Positions 63,914 to 64,000 of a DNA stretch of 64,000 nucleotides are shown piece after piece. Positions within the stretch are counted from its first letter, which is position 1. Every line of letters starts with the position of its first letter. Below the pieces are notes generated by a model. The model searched no databases, was not told where the DNA came from, and saw only the letters and a list, made by a program, of their open reading frames with translations. The stretch lies in the sequence record PP579741.1, one strand, 5' to 3'. This DNA is from Enterobacter phage KKP_3711. The position numbers and the translations under genes are program-made.

Positions 63914-63942
63914 TTGCTTTCTCCCTTAATAATTGATATAAT
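63914..63942 (+). promoter_or_regulatory. T5 early promoter (TTGCTT-N17-TATAAT)
   Basis: -35 at 63914-63919 and -10 at 63937-63942. The downstream sequence ATTTATATTGAAAGTTAGGAGAG follows. Confidence 0.55.
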
Positions 63943-63972
63943 ATTTATATTGAAAGTTAGGAGAGAAACCAA

Positions 63973-64000
63973 ATGACTAAAGAAGAGTTTATAACTCGGC
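63973..64000 (+). CDS. 5' end of a hypothetical early gene (partial, runs off the window)
   Basis: ATG 63973 is preceded by an AGGAGAG SD, 31 nt downstream of promoter 63914. Confidence 0.3.

Noticed and set aside
1-64000. Search for CRISPR arrays, integrase or attachment sites, transposases and large direct repeats
   Set aside because: None seen. The only repeats are promoter-associated boxes, 14-bp tandem repeats at 56378-56420, fibre-gene internal repeats and the collagen tract. The content fits a strictly lytic T5-like phage.

Overview
The window reads as one contiguous segment of a T5-like (Demerecviridae, Tequintavirus-type) virulent siphophage genome, identified from gene order and protein motifs recalled from memory. 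There is no integrase, CRISPR array or transposase. It has three modules. (1) Positions 1-17.4 kb on the + strand are a late tail module. It contains the C-terminus of the tail-tube protein with a Big_2 Ig domain, two small chaperone-like ORFs, a 1218-aa tape-measure protein, Dit, the baseplate hub, a pb4-like protein carrying a collagen-like Gly-X-Y tract, a p132-like collar protein, and an L-shaped tail fibre split into two genes (LtfA ending in an S74-type intramolecular chaperone, then LtfB). (2) Positions 17.4-44.6 kb on the - strand are the early replication and recombination module. It encodes dUTPase, the D15 flap endonuclease, D14, SbcC/SbcD-like D13/D12, the D10 SF2 helicase, a PolA-family polymerase, a primase, a DnaB-like helicase, a D5-like DNA-binding protein, an NAD-ligase split into ligB and ligA, a PC4-like protein, a 912-aa origin-binding-type helicase, a Sir2-like protein, a HAD phosphatase and anaerobic RNR NrdD. 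(3) Positions 44.9-64 kb on the + strand are nucleotide-metabolism genes followed by small early genes. The first part has PhoH, NrdA, NrdB read through in frame into DHFR, ThyA with a TTG start, an HslV-like Ntn peptidase and RNase H. After that come many small early genes (an Rmf-like protein, a YqeY-like protein, a LemA pair, a secreted SleB-like hydrolase, a DEDDh exonuclease, an HNH endonuclease), five confident tRNAs and one aberrant tRNA-Trp-like sequence. This region also carries a dozen near-consensus TTGCTT-N17-TATAAT promoters that share a conserved downstream element. Three stretches stand out as unexplained. The first is a ~1.1 kb GC-elevated transcript without an ORF, bounded by a promoter and a terminator on the - strand at 39.3-40.4 kb. 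The second is a ~0.9 kb stretch without an ORF just downstream of a strong promoter at 58.3-59.2 kb. The third is a 285-bp intergenic region with 14-bp tandem repeats at 56.2-56.5 kb.
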